From Haliotis cracherodii (lineage: Eukaryota): 64,000 nucleotides of DNA. Below the pieces are notes generated by a model. It did not search any database, was not told the DNA's origin, and saw only the letters and a list, made by a program, of their open reading frames with translations. Of the stretch, positions 21,288-35,225 are shown one piece after another. Made by a program: the position numbers and the translations under genes. The stretch covers positions 12,400,001-12,464,000 of the forward strand of contig NW_027266270.1 in NCBI RefSeq assembly GCF_022045235.1. Direction: 5' to 3'. Position 1 is the first letter of the stretch. Each line of letters opens with the position of its first letter.

Positions 21288-22548
21288 AGTCAGTGAGTTG
21301 GGTTGTACGTTGTCTTTAGCACTATCCCATCTATGATACAGCAGGGGACTTTCGACACGTTGGCCTCGTATGTGAATTGAACTCGGTATTCAGTGTGAGG
21401 AGTAAACCTTTTCGGTGTGAGGAACGTTTTCGGTGTAAGGAGTGAATGTTTTCGGTGTAAGGAGTGAAGGTTTTCGGTGTGAGGAGTGAAGGTTTTCGGT
21501 GTGAAGAGTTAAGGTTTTCGGTGTAAGGAGTGAACGTTTACAGTGTAAGGAGTGAACGTTTTCGTTGTGAGGAGTGAACGTTTACGGTGTAATGAGTGAA
21601 CGTTTTCGGTGTGAAGAATGAATGTTTTCGGTGTGAGGAGTGAACGTTTACGGCGCAATGAGTGAACGTTTTCGGTGTGAAGAATGAACGTTTTCGTTGT
21701 GAGGAGTGAACATTTACGGTGCAATGAGTGAACGTTTTCGGTGTGAAGAATGAATGTTTTCGGTGTGAGGAGTGAACGTTTTCGGTGTAAGGAGTGAACG
21801 TTTTCGGTGTGAAGAATGAATGTTTTCGGTGTGAGGAGTGACATGAGGAGTGAGGAGTGAACGTTTTCGGTGTAAGGAGTGAACGTTTTCGGTGTAAGGA
21901 GTGAACGTTTTCGGTGTATGGAGTGAACGTTTTCGGTGTGAGGAGTGAACGTTTTCGGTGTAAGGAGTGAACGTTTTCGGTGTGAAGAATGAATGTTTTC
22001 GGTGTGAGGAGTGAACGTTTTCGGTGTAAGGAGTGAACGTTTTCGGTGTGAAAAATGAATGTTTTCGGTGTGAGGAGTGAACGTTTTCGGTGTGAAGAAT
22101 GAATGTTTTCGGTGTGAGGAGTGAACGTTTTCAGTGTAAGGAGTCAACGTTTTCGGTGTATGGAGTCAACGTTTTCGGTGTAAGGCGTGATCGAACGTTT
22201 TCGTGTAAGGAGTGACATGAGGAGTGAGGAGTCAACGTTTTCGGTGTAAGGAGTGAACGTTTTCGGTGTAACGAGTGTATATGTTTTCGGTGTGAGGAGT
22301 GAACGTTTTCAGTGTAAGGAGTGAACGTTTTCGGTGTGAAGAATGAATGTTTTCGGTGTGAGGAGTGAACGTTTTCGGTGTAAGGAGTGAACGTTTTTGG
22401 TGTGAAGAATGAATGTTTTCGGTGTGAGGAGTGAACGTTTTCGGTGTAAGGAGTGAACGTTTTTGGTGTGAAGAATGAATGTTTTCGGTGTGAGGAGTGA
22501 ACATTTTCGGTGTGAGGAGTGAACGTTTTAACCACCACATTATCCCAC
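21288..22548 (-). mobile_element. Old family-1-like SINE whose head region expanded into a minisatellite
   Basis: SINE tail and body at 21288-21390; SINE 5' end TTTTAACCACC..ATCCCA at about 22527-22548. The mirror copy at 34788-34955 lacks the expansion. Confidence 0.7.
21392..22530. repeat. 22-bp minisatellite (about 50 units)
   Basis: Unit GGTGT(A/G)AGGAGTGAACGTTTTC, with variant GAAGAATGAATG. Confidence 0.95.
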
Positions 22549-24134
22549 TTCATCGCAAAACATAACACTTTTCCATTACCGTCGGTAACAAAGTTTCATC
22601 AGAGACTATAAAATACATATTTTGTCAGTCGTAAACTTCTTTCAAAATTCACTATGATGGCATTCCCAAAGACATAAACAAAAGTATAAGTATTTAACCA
22701 TGTATCATATGACTAACCACGGAGCCGGGTAGTCCTGTGGGTACCCGCGGATCCTGCTCAGGACCCACCCGAACCGAGTACCCGAGCTACGTACCCGTCC
22801 CAACCCTATACATTTGGGCGCGAGGGCAATTTTTTTCTCTCAACATTCTTGTAATGGCCACGCCCGACAAGGGTGGCAGCGATGTCACTAAGAGTGTATC
22901 GAAAGTGTCACGCGCTGGGAAGGAGCATGAGCGGCGATTAAACTGGTTCCACTGTTGGTACACGACGCAAGCTTAGCGCGATCTAGTTTAGGTAGACGGA
23001 AACCCAATCTAGAGCGGCGAATAAGCTGGTTCCCGGCTCCCTATGCGCGTCGTCAACTTGCGCCAAGCTATTGGAGACGGGGCCCAGCTTAGAGCGGCAA
23101 TGAGCGCAAGCGCTCACAGAAGGCAAAACCAGTCTATCCCAGGAGTCGGAGAGCTTTAAGCTGGGCCCCGTCTCCATTATCACAATATATAGGAGCCGGT
23201 ACAGGCCAATGAGACGATGGCTGTGAGCCCCTTCGAAATATTAAACATACACTATGTTATGTAATTTTTCATTGGTCGCTATTTTTAGACGAAGCGCTAC
23301 CCTTCTACAAAAGCCTCCACTGAGAAACGTCACAAACTACTTTAAGTCATTTTGTTAGATGTGCCACCGTTGGGTGCAGGAAAGACCTTCAAACTTTAAA
23401 TTGTAATTAATTGTAGGAAATTAAATTTCCAAAATTATTTTCTTCATATATTTTACGTACATGATATCGATATGTAAGAGAAATGATAGTAAACATAGTC
23501 TAGCGTATTCTTTGCATGAACATTTCGCAGGTTTTCGAATACACCCCCAAATTGTGCTATGCGAGACAAATATTTATTATACACTTGTCAGAAAACTTTG
23601 AGCGAATAAAATATTCTCAGGTATTTGAATGAGACACGCATGTTGGAAGTTTATATATGTCGACATATGTAGAACCACCTATAAAGTATAAATGTCGCAT
23701 TGAAAATATTCCTAACTTTGTCTTTCCATTCCATGACGTCTAAAAAGTTTATTTTAGAGGGTTGGTGTTCCATTTAAAGAATAAAGAATAACTCGTAATA
23801 AATATGATGTGACTCTTCTGACAAAATAGAAATGTGTTGTACGACTCGTATGTGGTTGCAATATATTTATTGGATGATTACGTTTAAAATGATAAAACTT
23901 CTGTTGAAAATATTGAAATTGGAATAGAATAGCAATTAACTATGGCCGATGTTGATATTTTCTAGCTATATATTTTTAAACAACATTCAAATGCAATACA
24001 ATTATTAATACCAACGAAATAAGTCAATGTCCACCCAGTCATCACTTCTAACTTTGTACAACATTGTAGCTGAGTGACAGCAGTATGAAGGTGACATTCC
24101 GTTTCAAAGTGTTACAAATAATACTATATAGTAG

Positions 24135-25215
24135 TAAGTTATAGTTACAACACACCAAGGCGAGTTGTTTGGGCAGTAAGAGCACGGTTTGGCTTGGCAT
24201 TTGATTGACAGACAAAAGGACCGAGGGGCGGAGCCCCGAGGTGATCCTTTTGTCTGTCAATCAAATGCCAAGCCAAACCCATTCGTCACCACTCGCCCCT
24301 TTCCGTAACCTGCAAGAAGACTCGTCCCCCTATCGATGAATGTTATGTGCGAAAATACGACAAACCAATCAGAATGCGCGTATGATTTCAAGTTCTTCGT
24401 CAAAGAATCCCTCAGAAATAATTTTTGATTTTACATATGTCTTGCATCTAAAAATATACCCAAGACACAGTTAAATGTGTTCAATCATATATAATTCCGC
24501 ATGTCCCGATGTGCTTTAAATTGCATCTAAAATATATATAATATATGGGGAAATAAAACTGAACCATTACACAACGAGTTGACAATTGTTTTAGGTATGC
24601 CCGTTTACGCTAAGACGGAACCCGGTCACAAAAATGGCCACGAGAGGGGCACGAGTCGCTATTCGGCTTGTCCCGGAATAACACGAGTTGGTCACGAATG
24701 AAGCCAAACCGTGCTCTTACTGCCCAATCAACGAGTAGGTGGGTGTGTTGTAAGTGACTTGTAGCACGGGTTGCGACGGTCATTCCAAAATTGCGCGGGT
24801 TTGTGTAAAATTTAGTGACGTATAATATGACGTTAACTTTTAATCTAATTGTTATATCAAGTGTAAACTTTGGAATTTTCAAAGGCACATTAGAAATGTC
24901 AACTATTAATTTTCCGAATTTAGCAAAATGCGTTCTGTGTCCAGTTGTTTTTATGTTTGACAGTTATATTGTAATCTTTTAATTAAGTTATGAACATTTC
25001 TATTGTTTTTTGTTGTTTATTTACGTTATTACTCTTGAACACTGTGTACAACACTAAAGAAACATTGTAAGTTTGAAATTTCTCAAGCTAGTAGGCGGGG
25101 CTTGCTGATCTTGGCACCAGCCAATGGTAATGATCTTTAACAAACTGTGCTCTTACTACCATGATACAGCACGGGTAAGATCAAAGGTACCGCTCGCAAC
25201 CCGTGCTACAATGTA
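24135..25215. mobile_element. Non-autonomous element with a long terminal hairpin and an IR-bounded body (copy 1)
   Basis: Near-identical to 42354-42965; body bounded by GTAGCACGGGTTGCGA...TCGCAACCCGTGCTAC. Confidence 0.8.
24280..24700. mobile_element. Nested TIR element with a 10-bp TSD (Mutator-like TSD length)
   Basis: Ends CATTCGTCACCACTCG...CGAGTTGGTCACGAATG, flanked by AAGCCAAACC on both sides; the element is absent from copy 2 at about 42490. Confidence 0.82.
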
Positions 25216-28200
25216 GTTTAAGATTGCACCTGGGTGCGTCCAGGTGTCGATTTTCTTTTAAACATGGATGGTATTTAGTAACTATTTACATAAATCAAAC
25301 CTGTTGTCAACGCGCATGTTGACGGGGAATTAGCTCTTGGGGGAATGAAGGACAAAATCGACATCACTGTCCCGGAACGCTTTATGCACAACATGTAAAC
25401 AATAAACAACAATTGCACAATGAGCTGAATACCTGCTCTGACAACACAAACACAGCAATGAGCGGACCTTTCAGCTCAGGCGTACAAGAGGTGAGCGGAG
25501 CTCCAGCTCACCTCAGGGCGTTTCCTACGAGCGGCACATCCTGCTCGAGGTCGTCCCTATGCCAGGACTCGGAATTCCAAGCCTGACTAACACCGTAGTA
25601 ACTATGTAATGGTAGCACATATATAGTAATGAACAACAATGGACAGACACAGAGACAACGACGTTGCTTTGGATATTGGACATGTGGGTGTGATTAACCA
25701 ACACAGTTCATGGGATGATCAATTAGGGCAATAAATGCCATACTATAAAAAGCAGTAGTTAAATGGAAGTGATAGTCCAGGCTGACTGACAGTCAAAATA
25801 CAATGAAATGTTGGTGAGGATTAACAACGGGGATTAGTGTCTTATAAATAATGACAATTAAGTTACGGAGACATATACATGTCATGGCTACAGGGTAATC
25901 AGCCTTTGCAATCAAATGTACTTCAGACAATGGTAGTCGTAAATCAGTCGCTATGACACTGTGTTAACCTTCTGGATGCCGAGTTTTTTTTCTGACGCAC
26001 ATTTTCATAAGATCGGAAAAGTGAAGGTTGTGCGAGAATTGCGCTCACGCGGCACCCGATCTACCTCTGGCTATAAAATTATGCAGAGGTGGAGAATATT
26101 AAATTTCCTATTTGATGGTGTAAAGTTAACTGCAAATATTGAACCGGTTTTTTAAAAAAAACACTTCTAAGTGTTGCCCGAGAATTTTTTCTACCTTGAA
26201 AAACAGTAAATTTCTCCGCTTTTTATCGTACACCGATAAAAGTATTGTGCGACGATTATTTTTATTTACAAGCTTTACGGAATCTGTGAGCGAACAAAAT
26301 ACTGCCTAATATCTGAACGACATAACTATATACCAAATGCAGTTATATGCGTATGTATAACGACAAACATGCAATGACAAAAATAGCTTGCCGTAAATGA
26401 CGAAAACTGATTTTTATCTATGACGTCAAAAGGCGACAGAGAGGTTACACACGCACAAAGAAAAGGGGGCATAACTCCGCTAAGCTTAGCACTAGTTTAT
26501 TATAACTCATGTCACTTGGTGAGAATTAGCTGTGGGTAAGGATAATATATTTTCGTGGTGTTTTGTTCACGAGGAACCAAACTATTCCAACACAAATATC
26601 GATAAAGAAACTGTATACGTTTAGTTGTAAAAAACAACAACATAAGAAATGATGAAATCGTGCTTCATAAAAAAGTGGTAAAAGAGAAATGGATGGCCCT
26701 ATCTAACCTATAACTTAGTCCTTAGATTCCAACATTCTCCTGAATGTGTAAGTGTAATTTGACTAATGTTTCACCATTATTAATGGAGCACTAGCCTTAT
26801 CATCAAATGTAATGAAACCCCCCCCCAAAAATAACACCGTTCTATTTGACGTCATGGCTGTTTTTATGTCTTTGATAACGTTGGAGAAAGATGACTCTGG
26901 TATTTTGATTAATATATATCTCCCCTAATGTTCGTTCATGATATGGAAAATCTCGATGTGTAAAACGGAATTTGGCGCTTTTTCGACACAACATAAAATG
27001 ACTGCTTTTACCAATTAAATAATGTTTTGAATATGTAAACAATTAGCTAGTTTATCGTGTGTCTTAATTTGACAAGACACGCACCTGTTTGGCATCAATT
27101 ACGTAATGAAATACACAAAATAATATTTCAAAACAACCAAATTATATTCAATATTGGACAGATATTGTTATTATTTCTCTTCATCTTGTCTCAGAATTAC
27201 ACACTAAAAGATGCGAAGAAAGCTCTATTGGTATAGAATTATCAGGATAATCGTATCCGGTTGAACCAACACCTAGGGTACTTGGCATGGGTTTAATTTT
27301 ATACATTTTACAATTCCTGGAGAAATAAAGTGAACAGTTTAATATCCTGTGATCACAATATCGAAAAAAGAATGAATCCATTGATTATATAATGCAAAAC
27401 AAGAGGAATAATTCGTAAATTGTTTGTGGCTAACACGCACCTGGCGAATCGTTAGCTATCACGGGTCTGTGTATCAAAGGACAAAAAAAAAATGAAAAAA
27501 ATTCCAAGACCAAGACAATTTCAGAAATGTGTGCATATCTTTTTACGAAAAATATTATCCATGTTGTCAAAGTAACATAGAACTATTCATTTTTAGTTAT
27601 AAAATAAAATGAAACAGCTATTCAAAGACATTGGTTATATGAACTTATGATATTGACTATTACACATCCCAAGAAATACGTACATGCTGCAGTTACCTTT
27701 ACGCTTCATCTTGTAACACTTGTCCAAAGGAAAGAAATATCGTATTCGACACTAAAAACCTATCAATTGTTATGTAAACAAACAGCAGATTATTAAAGAT
27801 TCGTTCATACATGTTGTGGTTTATATTTGCGTATGATATCATTTTGAACATTGACAATATCCAAAGGGAAATTAATTGTGTGAAAAAATGTATAAAACAT
27901 ATGCAAAATCTACATCATAACTGAAACTGTAAACAGCATGATACAATGATCGTGTGCACTCTCATTCAAGGACCTTCACCTCAAAGAAATTACCAAATAT
28001 GTTTTAAAAAACGCCGTGAGTGGTAATTTAGAAATGTGTAAAAAAAATGTCGACATTTACTATGCACCTAATTTTCAGTAATTTTGCTTGGCCAAAAATG
28101 CCAGTGGATGACATGACCAAACAGGGAATTTCCCACAGTATTCAAAACTGTGAAGTGTCTCTGTGACTGCTGCAGTTTGAATTTTATTCGACTTCACAGT

Positions 28201-31163
28201 GAGGGTTGAAGAAGAGGGACAAATATGTCCCTCTATCATCCAAGGGGAAAGCCTGTGTCAGTTTCTCTACTTCATAACATTTTTAGGAATTTTGTAAGCC
28301 TTCATTCTGGACAAGGTGTAAATGGACCTCGTTGCCCGAAAATCTATAAAATCTTCGGCCTACTTTTAGAATTCAGTACCGTATTCTAAAGGTGCTCCAA
28401 AATATAGAAGTGAATTCTTGTAAATAAATATGTCAACAATGCAGCTCTTTTAACCATTAAGAGGGCAGGATCCAATTGTTTTAGGTTTATGTGAATATAC
28501 AAACGCAAACAAAATCATCGAATTTCAGAAATACTTTTTTTAAAATATTTTCTGTCTTCACTTAGAATTCAAACCATGAACCACTTTTAATCTGCCTTAG
28601 CGCTCCAAAAGATTAGCGAGACTGTTGTCAGTTGATTTTGTTTGTCTATTTTCCACTCTATAAAATTGCCCGCCATCAGATTTTGGTTTAACCACAGCAA
28701 ACGCAAGATGACACGCTTTTCACAGGTGTGTCCCTCCCTCCCCTGTATCGGTATTAGCGTAGCCATTTTTGAAAATTATTTTGGCCTGTACCGGCAATTT
28801 TTTTACTTGGTTCAATTGAGCCTCACAACCAGAAATATTAATTTAAAAACTCCTACCGTTTATCACAATTAATCTTTTATTCTTGCCCCTGCTATCAATC
28901 ACAGTCTGCAGTGTTATAACAATTATATTGCTGATGAGGTGTAACACTTTTATTTCTTCCCTCAGAATAACATTACACTTCATTTATTAGTAAGTATCTT
29001 TCTTAATGTAGGACATGTCATTGGTGATCGCCTCCATAATTCAGTGTATTTGTCTTGCATTTTGGCCACTTCTGACTTGAAGTTGCTGCGTGCTGGATGA
29101 TGCTTCATCTTTTGGTTGCTGTACAGCAGAAATTCACTCCTTTATGACCAAGAAAAAACCCTACAACAATAAGAACTAGACATCAAGTACATACACAGTG
29201 TAAAATTACCATTGTCCAACACCAGATCTATTCATCACCGGACTTAACAAATACTGTTTACACAATTTGATGAATAAGTATATCACTGTGAATATTCATA
29301 TGGAATACTAACAGCAGTTACTTGTTGCACAAACCTGAAACCACCTGAGACTAAGGGGTCTTTCATTGAAATACACGAGTAAAATACATAATTTGACTTA
29401 CATACTTTTAATATAACTATGATAATACATATTCAAATCTTAATTGTAATAAAGAAGTTGTTCATCCATAAATTCTTATCCTTACATATTCAAATGTAGT
29501 TCGAAATTAAGGGGTATGTGTGTTAAAAATTACAGGATAGGGTTTGATATATTTATTTCAAATACTAGATTATAGTAATCAATATAATGTATTGACTTGC
29601 CTTCATGGTTATTTGATTAACTGTTGAGTGATTTGTGACACTATAAGTTATTATGTTTATTTTCCCATATATTCTTTTTTGGTGCATGTTGATGAGAAGA
29701 GCTTTATTTTATTCAATTTGGATAATTATTTTTGGGATCAATATATTTACAGGCAGAGCTAAGAAAATCTATTTGTCATGCAGTAATGACTGTCATTCAT
29801 CCAAAGTGGAGGAAATTATTCATTTTCTCTCAACTTTTAATTATTTCACAAAAACATTTTTTTAATTATTATCTTTTTTTTAATGGGATGAGGTGGGGTG
29901 GGGTGGGGTGGGGTGGGGTGGGGTGGGGTGGGGGTCTTTTGAGTCTTTCTTGTTAATTTCTGACATCCACACTTCCGTACAGTCATTAAGTATATGTAGG
30001 TGAGAGTAAACTTTGGGTGCAAACTACCAACGTGCAAGAAATAGTACATCTGCATTATTATATCTTTTCACATTTAATATACAAACTAATTTTCATAATT
30101 ACACAACAATTTATGCACAGGCTTTCTACATTGCATAAAAACCCTATTGTCTCCTTCATAAAAAAATATTTATATGTAAGTTTCTTCTCCAAACTAACAA
30201 ATTTCTTAATGGAATATTATTTACTTAATTTAAGGTGTGTGACAGAGTAAACATGGTAATTATGACCAAATATAGTGCATATTAAATTTTAAATTCCAAA
30301 CACGTGATTATTAAGTACTATAATTACTAAAAAAATAAATAAATACAATATACTAAAATAAGTTTCACGTTTAAAAATATATTCATAGCATAGATTTTCC
30401 AAATTTCATCCTCCAAATCTTGCCTAATTTAATGCCTATTCAAACTGTCAAAGGCACGGCTTCCATGACACTGCTCATGCCGTCAGATACCAGAATAACG
30501 TGGAAAGTGGCCTACCTATTAGTAGTTACATCTTCATAAATAATATTACATCACAGAAACATGTGACACATCCTCCGTAATCATAAAACCCTGTCCACTG
30601 AGACTATAAATACACGTCTGAACGATAGTACCACTGGTTGTCAAAATTATTTTAAAGGTAAAGAAAAGAATACATATCTTTACGAACGGTCCCATGGTTG
30701 TCAGTTGTCAGTCAGGAACCGATAAACCTGACAGTATTGACAAATAACCGATCATATTATTCTGAAATAAGTAAACTTTTACGACTGTCAACAGAGGTGA
30801 CAACCAAGCGTGGTAGTTCACATGGTACCGTCTAAAGAGTTAGTTTTGGCGGCCGCGCATTTCGAAAGCAGCACTAGTTCACGCGGATAGGCATGTCACC
30901 GGAAATGCTGGCAACGGAAGTAGCGCTTCGCGAGACTTACGGGCCCTATTAGTTACCGATTATTGGGGTGAAATGGGTGACCCGGTAGACTAACGCTTAG
31001 TTACATAACCTGTATAGAAACAAACAACTGCATTTAAATTGAAAATGGGCTCCAGTGGACACGTGGACTTGCTTCATTTTTCATTACCGGTTTATGGTCT
31101 CTGATTTGGGGCTATATAGCCTACAGCGCCGTAAGGGCTTGGTGAAATGGAAAATCATGTGGG

Positions 31164-31341
31164 TCAGGGGCTGTGAGACAGACCAGTGAGGGGGCAGGGG
31201 GGCCAGTTGCCCCCCTGGATTTTTAAAAAAAATTTTTTTTTATAGAAAACCGTTTTATTTGAAACATGAAAATACAAGTGGTATTTGTACAAATATTTGC
31301 CTCCCCTTCCCACCTGTCCAAAAAAGTTAACTACGGCCTTG
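31164..31341. mobile_element. Short MITE
   Basis: CAGGGGCTGT...CTACGGCCTTG ends with internal G/C-rich inverted tracts. Confidence 0.45.
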
Positions 31342-31399
31342 CAGACCATTGTCGAGGGTGCATCAACTCATTGCGGAGTTGCTTCCCTTACCGGGGCGA

Positions 31400-32852
31400 A
31401 ACTGAACTCAACGGTAAAAGAAACTTTGCACCAGATTGAAGTGATTGTAATTAATAAACTAAAAATAACAAATGTTTCAGGTAAAGTATATTTAATAAGC
31501 AAACATATCCTATAGTATTGAAGAACTATTGTACAACAGACAAACAAAATCAGTGGGAGTTGAAAATTCAGTTGTCCAGATTTTCACTGCAATTCATTCT
31601 AACACGGGAAGTGGTCACAGAAACCAAATTTAGTCACTTTAATACCGAATGTGGCCACCCCGTGGGCGGAAAAACGTCAAACGTCTGATGAGGTCACGTG
31701 GCAAGCGGTTCTATTCATCTTGTAGAGCTTGCATCAACTCTTGTCTGTTGGCGGGAGGGTGAGGTCGGACTCTATAACTCGCCTGTCCAAGACGTCCCAG
31801 AGGTGTCCTATGGGTGATAAGGTAGGAGAACATGCCGGCCACGGCAAGACGTTGACGTTGTTGTTGGCAAGGAAGTCCACTACGATACGAGCTGTGAGGG
31901 GCCTGGCGTTGTCGTGTTGGTACAAAACACCTCGGGGTTGTTGCTGGAGGTAGGGCAGCACCACTGCACGGAGGATTCCATCTCTATAGCGTTGCGCGTT
32001 GAGGTTTCCATTTATGACGAGCGGCGTTGCCTGTCTCCACAAATTCCACCAAGTGCATGCTCGTCGCTATATAAGTGCAATAATCTGGGACGCGACGTTA
32101 AACCCAATTTCACCTCACCTCACCATCAACTCAAAACAAACAGAACATGCTGTCGTCCGTAAAGACCACCTGTTGCCATTCCCGACGCTGCCACCGTTGC
32201 ACTGTATTAAACCATCGTATTCGTCTGTGTTGATGTTCAGCGAACGGTCGGTAGGCCCTGATACCTGCTGCCCAAGGTCTTCTGGTCTCTGTGTGTGCTC
32301 ACCCGCCGACCCAAAAGCATTCACTGCTGATGACGTCACTGTGAGGAAGCGGTTGCGGAGGTGCAATGTTCGCAGATACCGGTCTTCCTGTGGCGTAGTG
32401 ATCCGTGGTCTCCCTGTCCTCGGCCTGTCCGATGTCCTTCCAGTCTCTCTTAAACGCTGCAACAAGTTTCCAAGGCTTAACGTGAATAGCCAAAGGCTCT
32501 TGCAACGTGGGTGTGCGTGGCTCCCATCTGAACCATCCCAATTGCTCGCTCACGTTGGTCTGATGTTAGTCTTGGTATTTCAAATGTGTTTTTTTCATAA
32601 TGTGGATGTTTGACATTGCTACTTTGTAATTGTTATACCCCTGCTGCACGTGCATTTCTACAAGCAATGACATCTCGTGATTTTACAGTTTTCGCTTTTT
32701 CTCAAAAACACGTGCGCATTGCAGGTATCCATTACAGGCACAACAACGATGCGTTTGGGCCATTTTTTAGCCTATTTGGGTTTGAACCAGTACAACTAAT
32801 TTAAAATCACATTATTTTCAAATGTGCAAAGTTTCTTTTGCAGTTCAGTTTA
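31400..32852 (-). mobile_element. Decayed Tc1-like transposon
   Basis: Fragments DRPRTGRPRITTPQEDRY, GNLNAQRY, QHDNARP, WPACSP.LSPIGHLWD. TIRs AACTGAACT..AAAAGAAACTTTGCAC / GTGCAAAGTTTCTTTTGCAGTTCAGTT. Confidence 0.88.
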
Positions 32853-34787
32853 CCTTTGTAGCAGAAAAGCAATTGACTACACCGAAAAACACACAATTTT
32901 GATTACACACAAAAAAGCTCAATCTACCATCTATGCACTAAATTATTAATTGAAACTGTACACGGTCGAGCGCCTAGTTATTGTCTAACTTGAAAATCGG
33001 AATATTTACGCACTTTAGGATTTTAGTGGTAGATAATTTGTGACGAAAGCAAACCGCGCTCACACAATTAGTTTCATTATAATGATAGGCCGGGTCGCGT
33101 TAAAGTATGAAAAAAATAACCATCACATACTACGAATGAACATGTAAAACACATAAAAGTGATATTATAGATTCGTTTTTTTATGTTCAAATTTCATTTG
33201 TCATCATAGATGTTTCTTGAATAAAAGTCTAAAATATGTTGGTTGAACACGTATATATATATTACTAATAAAAAATATAATAAAATTACCAATATTTGTT
33301 GCAAATAAAATCTAACATTAACGGTCCCAAAGTGCAGGAAATAGTATTTAAGAGCATCTTATTTTTAAAACTTTCTGGGGGAGCATGCGCCCAATTAGCC
33401 ATATTGCGCCCCTGTCTTAGGCGTGTGTTCAAATGACAATTATTTTGATCCTTAATTGGCTAATCAGCACCCTACCAGTAAGCGTTACTACCTTTGTACT
33501 TACACCTTTCACATTTACCTGACACGTCATGATAACTCACGAGCAAAAGAAAGTATGCATTTCGTTTTTTTCAGAATTTCTTTAATTATTGTGCTGTATG
33601 TAAATTTTGAACAGACATAAAAAAGATTTCTCGAAAAACACAACCAACGTGGTCTAGTTGTCGAGAGTCCGTGCATCTGAAAATAATTTTTCTTGATGGA
33701 TTAAACTGTGAAAAAAAATGTGTGTGTTTACATGACAGCACGAGGTAGTTTATACAAGCCGAAACTCTCTGATATCGCAATTTGAAAAAGATAACTGAGA
33801 CAATGCCATGATTGACAGCAGCAGTAATAGCCCAAGAGACGCTGTGCACAGGTATAGCAGTACAGTATAGCAGATATCTTGTGGCACAAGAGCACACTGC
33901 CAGAACCTTTAGGTGCACAGGGGTCGTCGCTAGACATGCAACACATCGACCAGACTGGCCAAACACCAGACTGACCAAGAAGCATCAGAACAGATAACTG
34001 CTGGGTTGTGTAGCGCAAGCGATACAACCCAGGGAAAATCTCGAAAGGATTGCTGTTTTCGCACTTGCGCGACAGGTTTCTGACAGTGATGTTATGACAC
34101 TGCAAACTAGCCCCAAACAATAACATGTACACAATATTAACATCAGTGTTCAAATTGTTGACACTTTAGGCCTTGGGCCAAATTTACTACCCGGCTATCC
34201 GGTCCCTATTACCCGACTATCCGGCCCTTATTACCCGACTATCCGGCCCTTATTACCCGACCCTACCAGGGCACCAGCTGTAGGTCACAAGCGTTGGGTA
34301 CAAAATGATTGGAAAGTGTGGAATTCAGAAGTTTGACTAACTGCTATCATCTCCATGTCCAAATATAAGTAGTACCAGCAAAGTTTTTATACTATGCAAA
34401 TGTGGAAAGATCCTATATCCTTAGTTTATGAAGGAATCTGAAATACAATTATCAATATGTACTATATGTAATGTCTATATATGTTATTTTTTACATGTAT
34501 GTAGTGCACACTCGTTTGTACTTTGCCAAGTGTATGTATACAGAGGCCTGCGGCCTACATGTACTGAAATAAAAAGATAATGATAATTGGGAATTGTGAC
34601 AAGAACTATTTAGACACATGTATAAAATGATCTATCATGCATGCACTGAAGCATTATCTTTACTCAAAAATGTAAAGTCAGACGGAATGCGTGCATACTC
34701 AGACACAGACTATGTGGCGTTAGCAGCGACTGAAATGGAAAAGAGTGCTGATTTCCTTTGACAGCTGATTCAACTTGTTCCACAAAG

Positions 34788-34955
34788 GGCGACTGGGTAG
34801 CTTTGTGGTTAAGCTTTAGCTCATCACACCAAAAGACCGGGTTCGATTCCCACAAGAGTATAACGTGTCCAAAGTCCATTTCTTGTGTCCCCTGCTGTGT
34901 TTTTGATGGAATAATGCTAAGGACAACGTCAAACCGAACTCACTGACTGACTGTT
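34788..34955 (+). mobile_element. Old family-1-like SINE (mirror counterpart of 21288-22548)
   Basis: GGGTAGCTTTGTGG..GGTTCGATTCCC..AACTCACTGACTGACTG. Confidence 0.75.
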
Positions 34956-35112
34956 TAATGGGAGAGTCCGGCCTAGCGCTGCAGAGGGGAAGGATTATCT
35001 TAGGAGGTTCAACCCTGTAGTGGTTTTAACATCATGGCGTGGGGAGATATTTCCAGACAAATCAAGACCGAGATGGTGATTTTCAAAGGGACTTTATAAG
35101 AGCACAAGGGTA

Positions 35113-35225
35113 CAGGGCCCACTTGCACAAAGCGATCTTAGCGCTAAGACCGTCGTAAGCCTATGTTAAAGTATGGGAGTGACGGTCATCTTAGCGATAA
35201 GATCGCTTTGTGCAAGTGGGCCCTG
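35113..35225. mobile_element. Palindromic MITE inserted in a Tc1-like fragment
   Basis: CAGGGCCCACTTGCACAAAGCGATCTTA...TAAGATCGCTTTGTGCAAGTGGGCCCTG. Confidence 0.75.

Noticed and set aside
21509-22568. ORFs of 212, 145 and 102 aa with TPHTENVHSSHRKRSLL repeats
   Set aside because: These are translations of the 22-bp minisatellite.
25963-28250. piggyBac-like non-autonomous element (TTAACCTTCTGGATG ... CATCCAAGGGGAAA)
   Set aside because: The TIR match is short, the right-hand TTAA is missing and there is no coding remnant.
29892-29934. (GGGGT)n G-quadruplex as a functional element
   Set aside because: A simple microsatellite with no supporting context.
31999-32613. 204-aa plus-strand ORF
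   Set aside because: It is antisense to the decayed Tc1 transposase.
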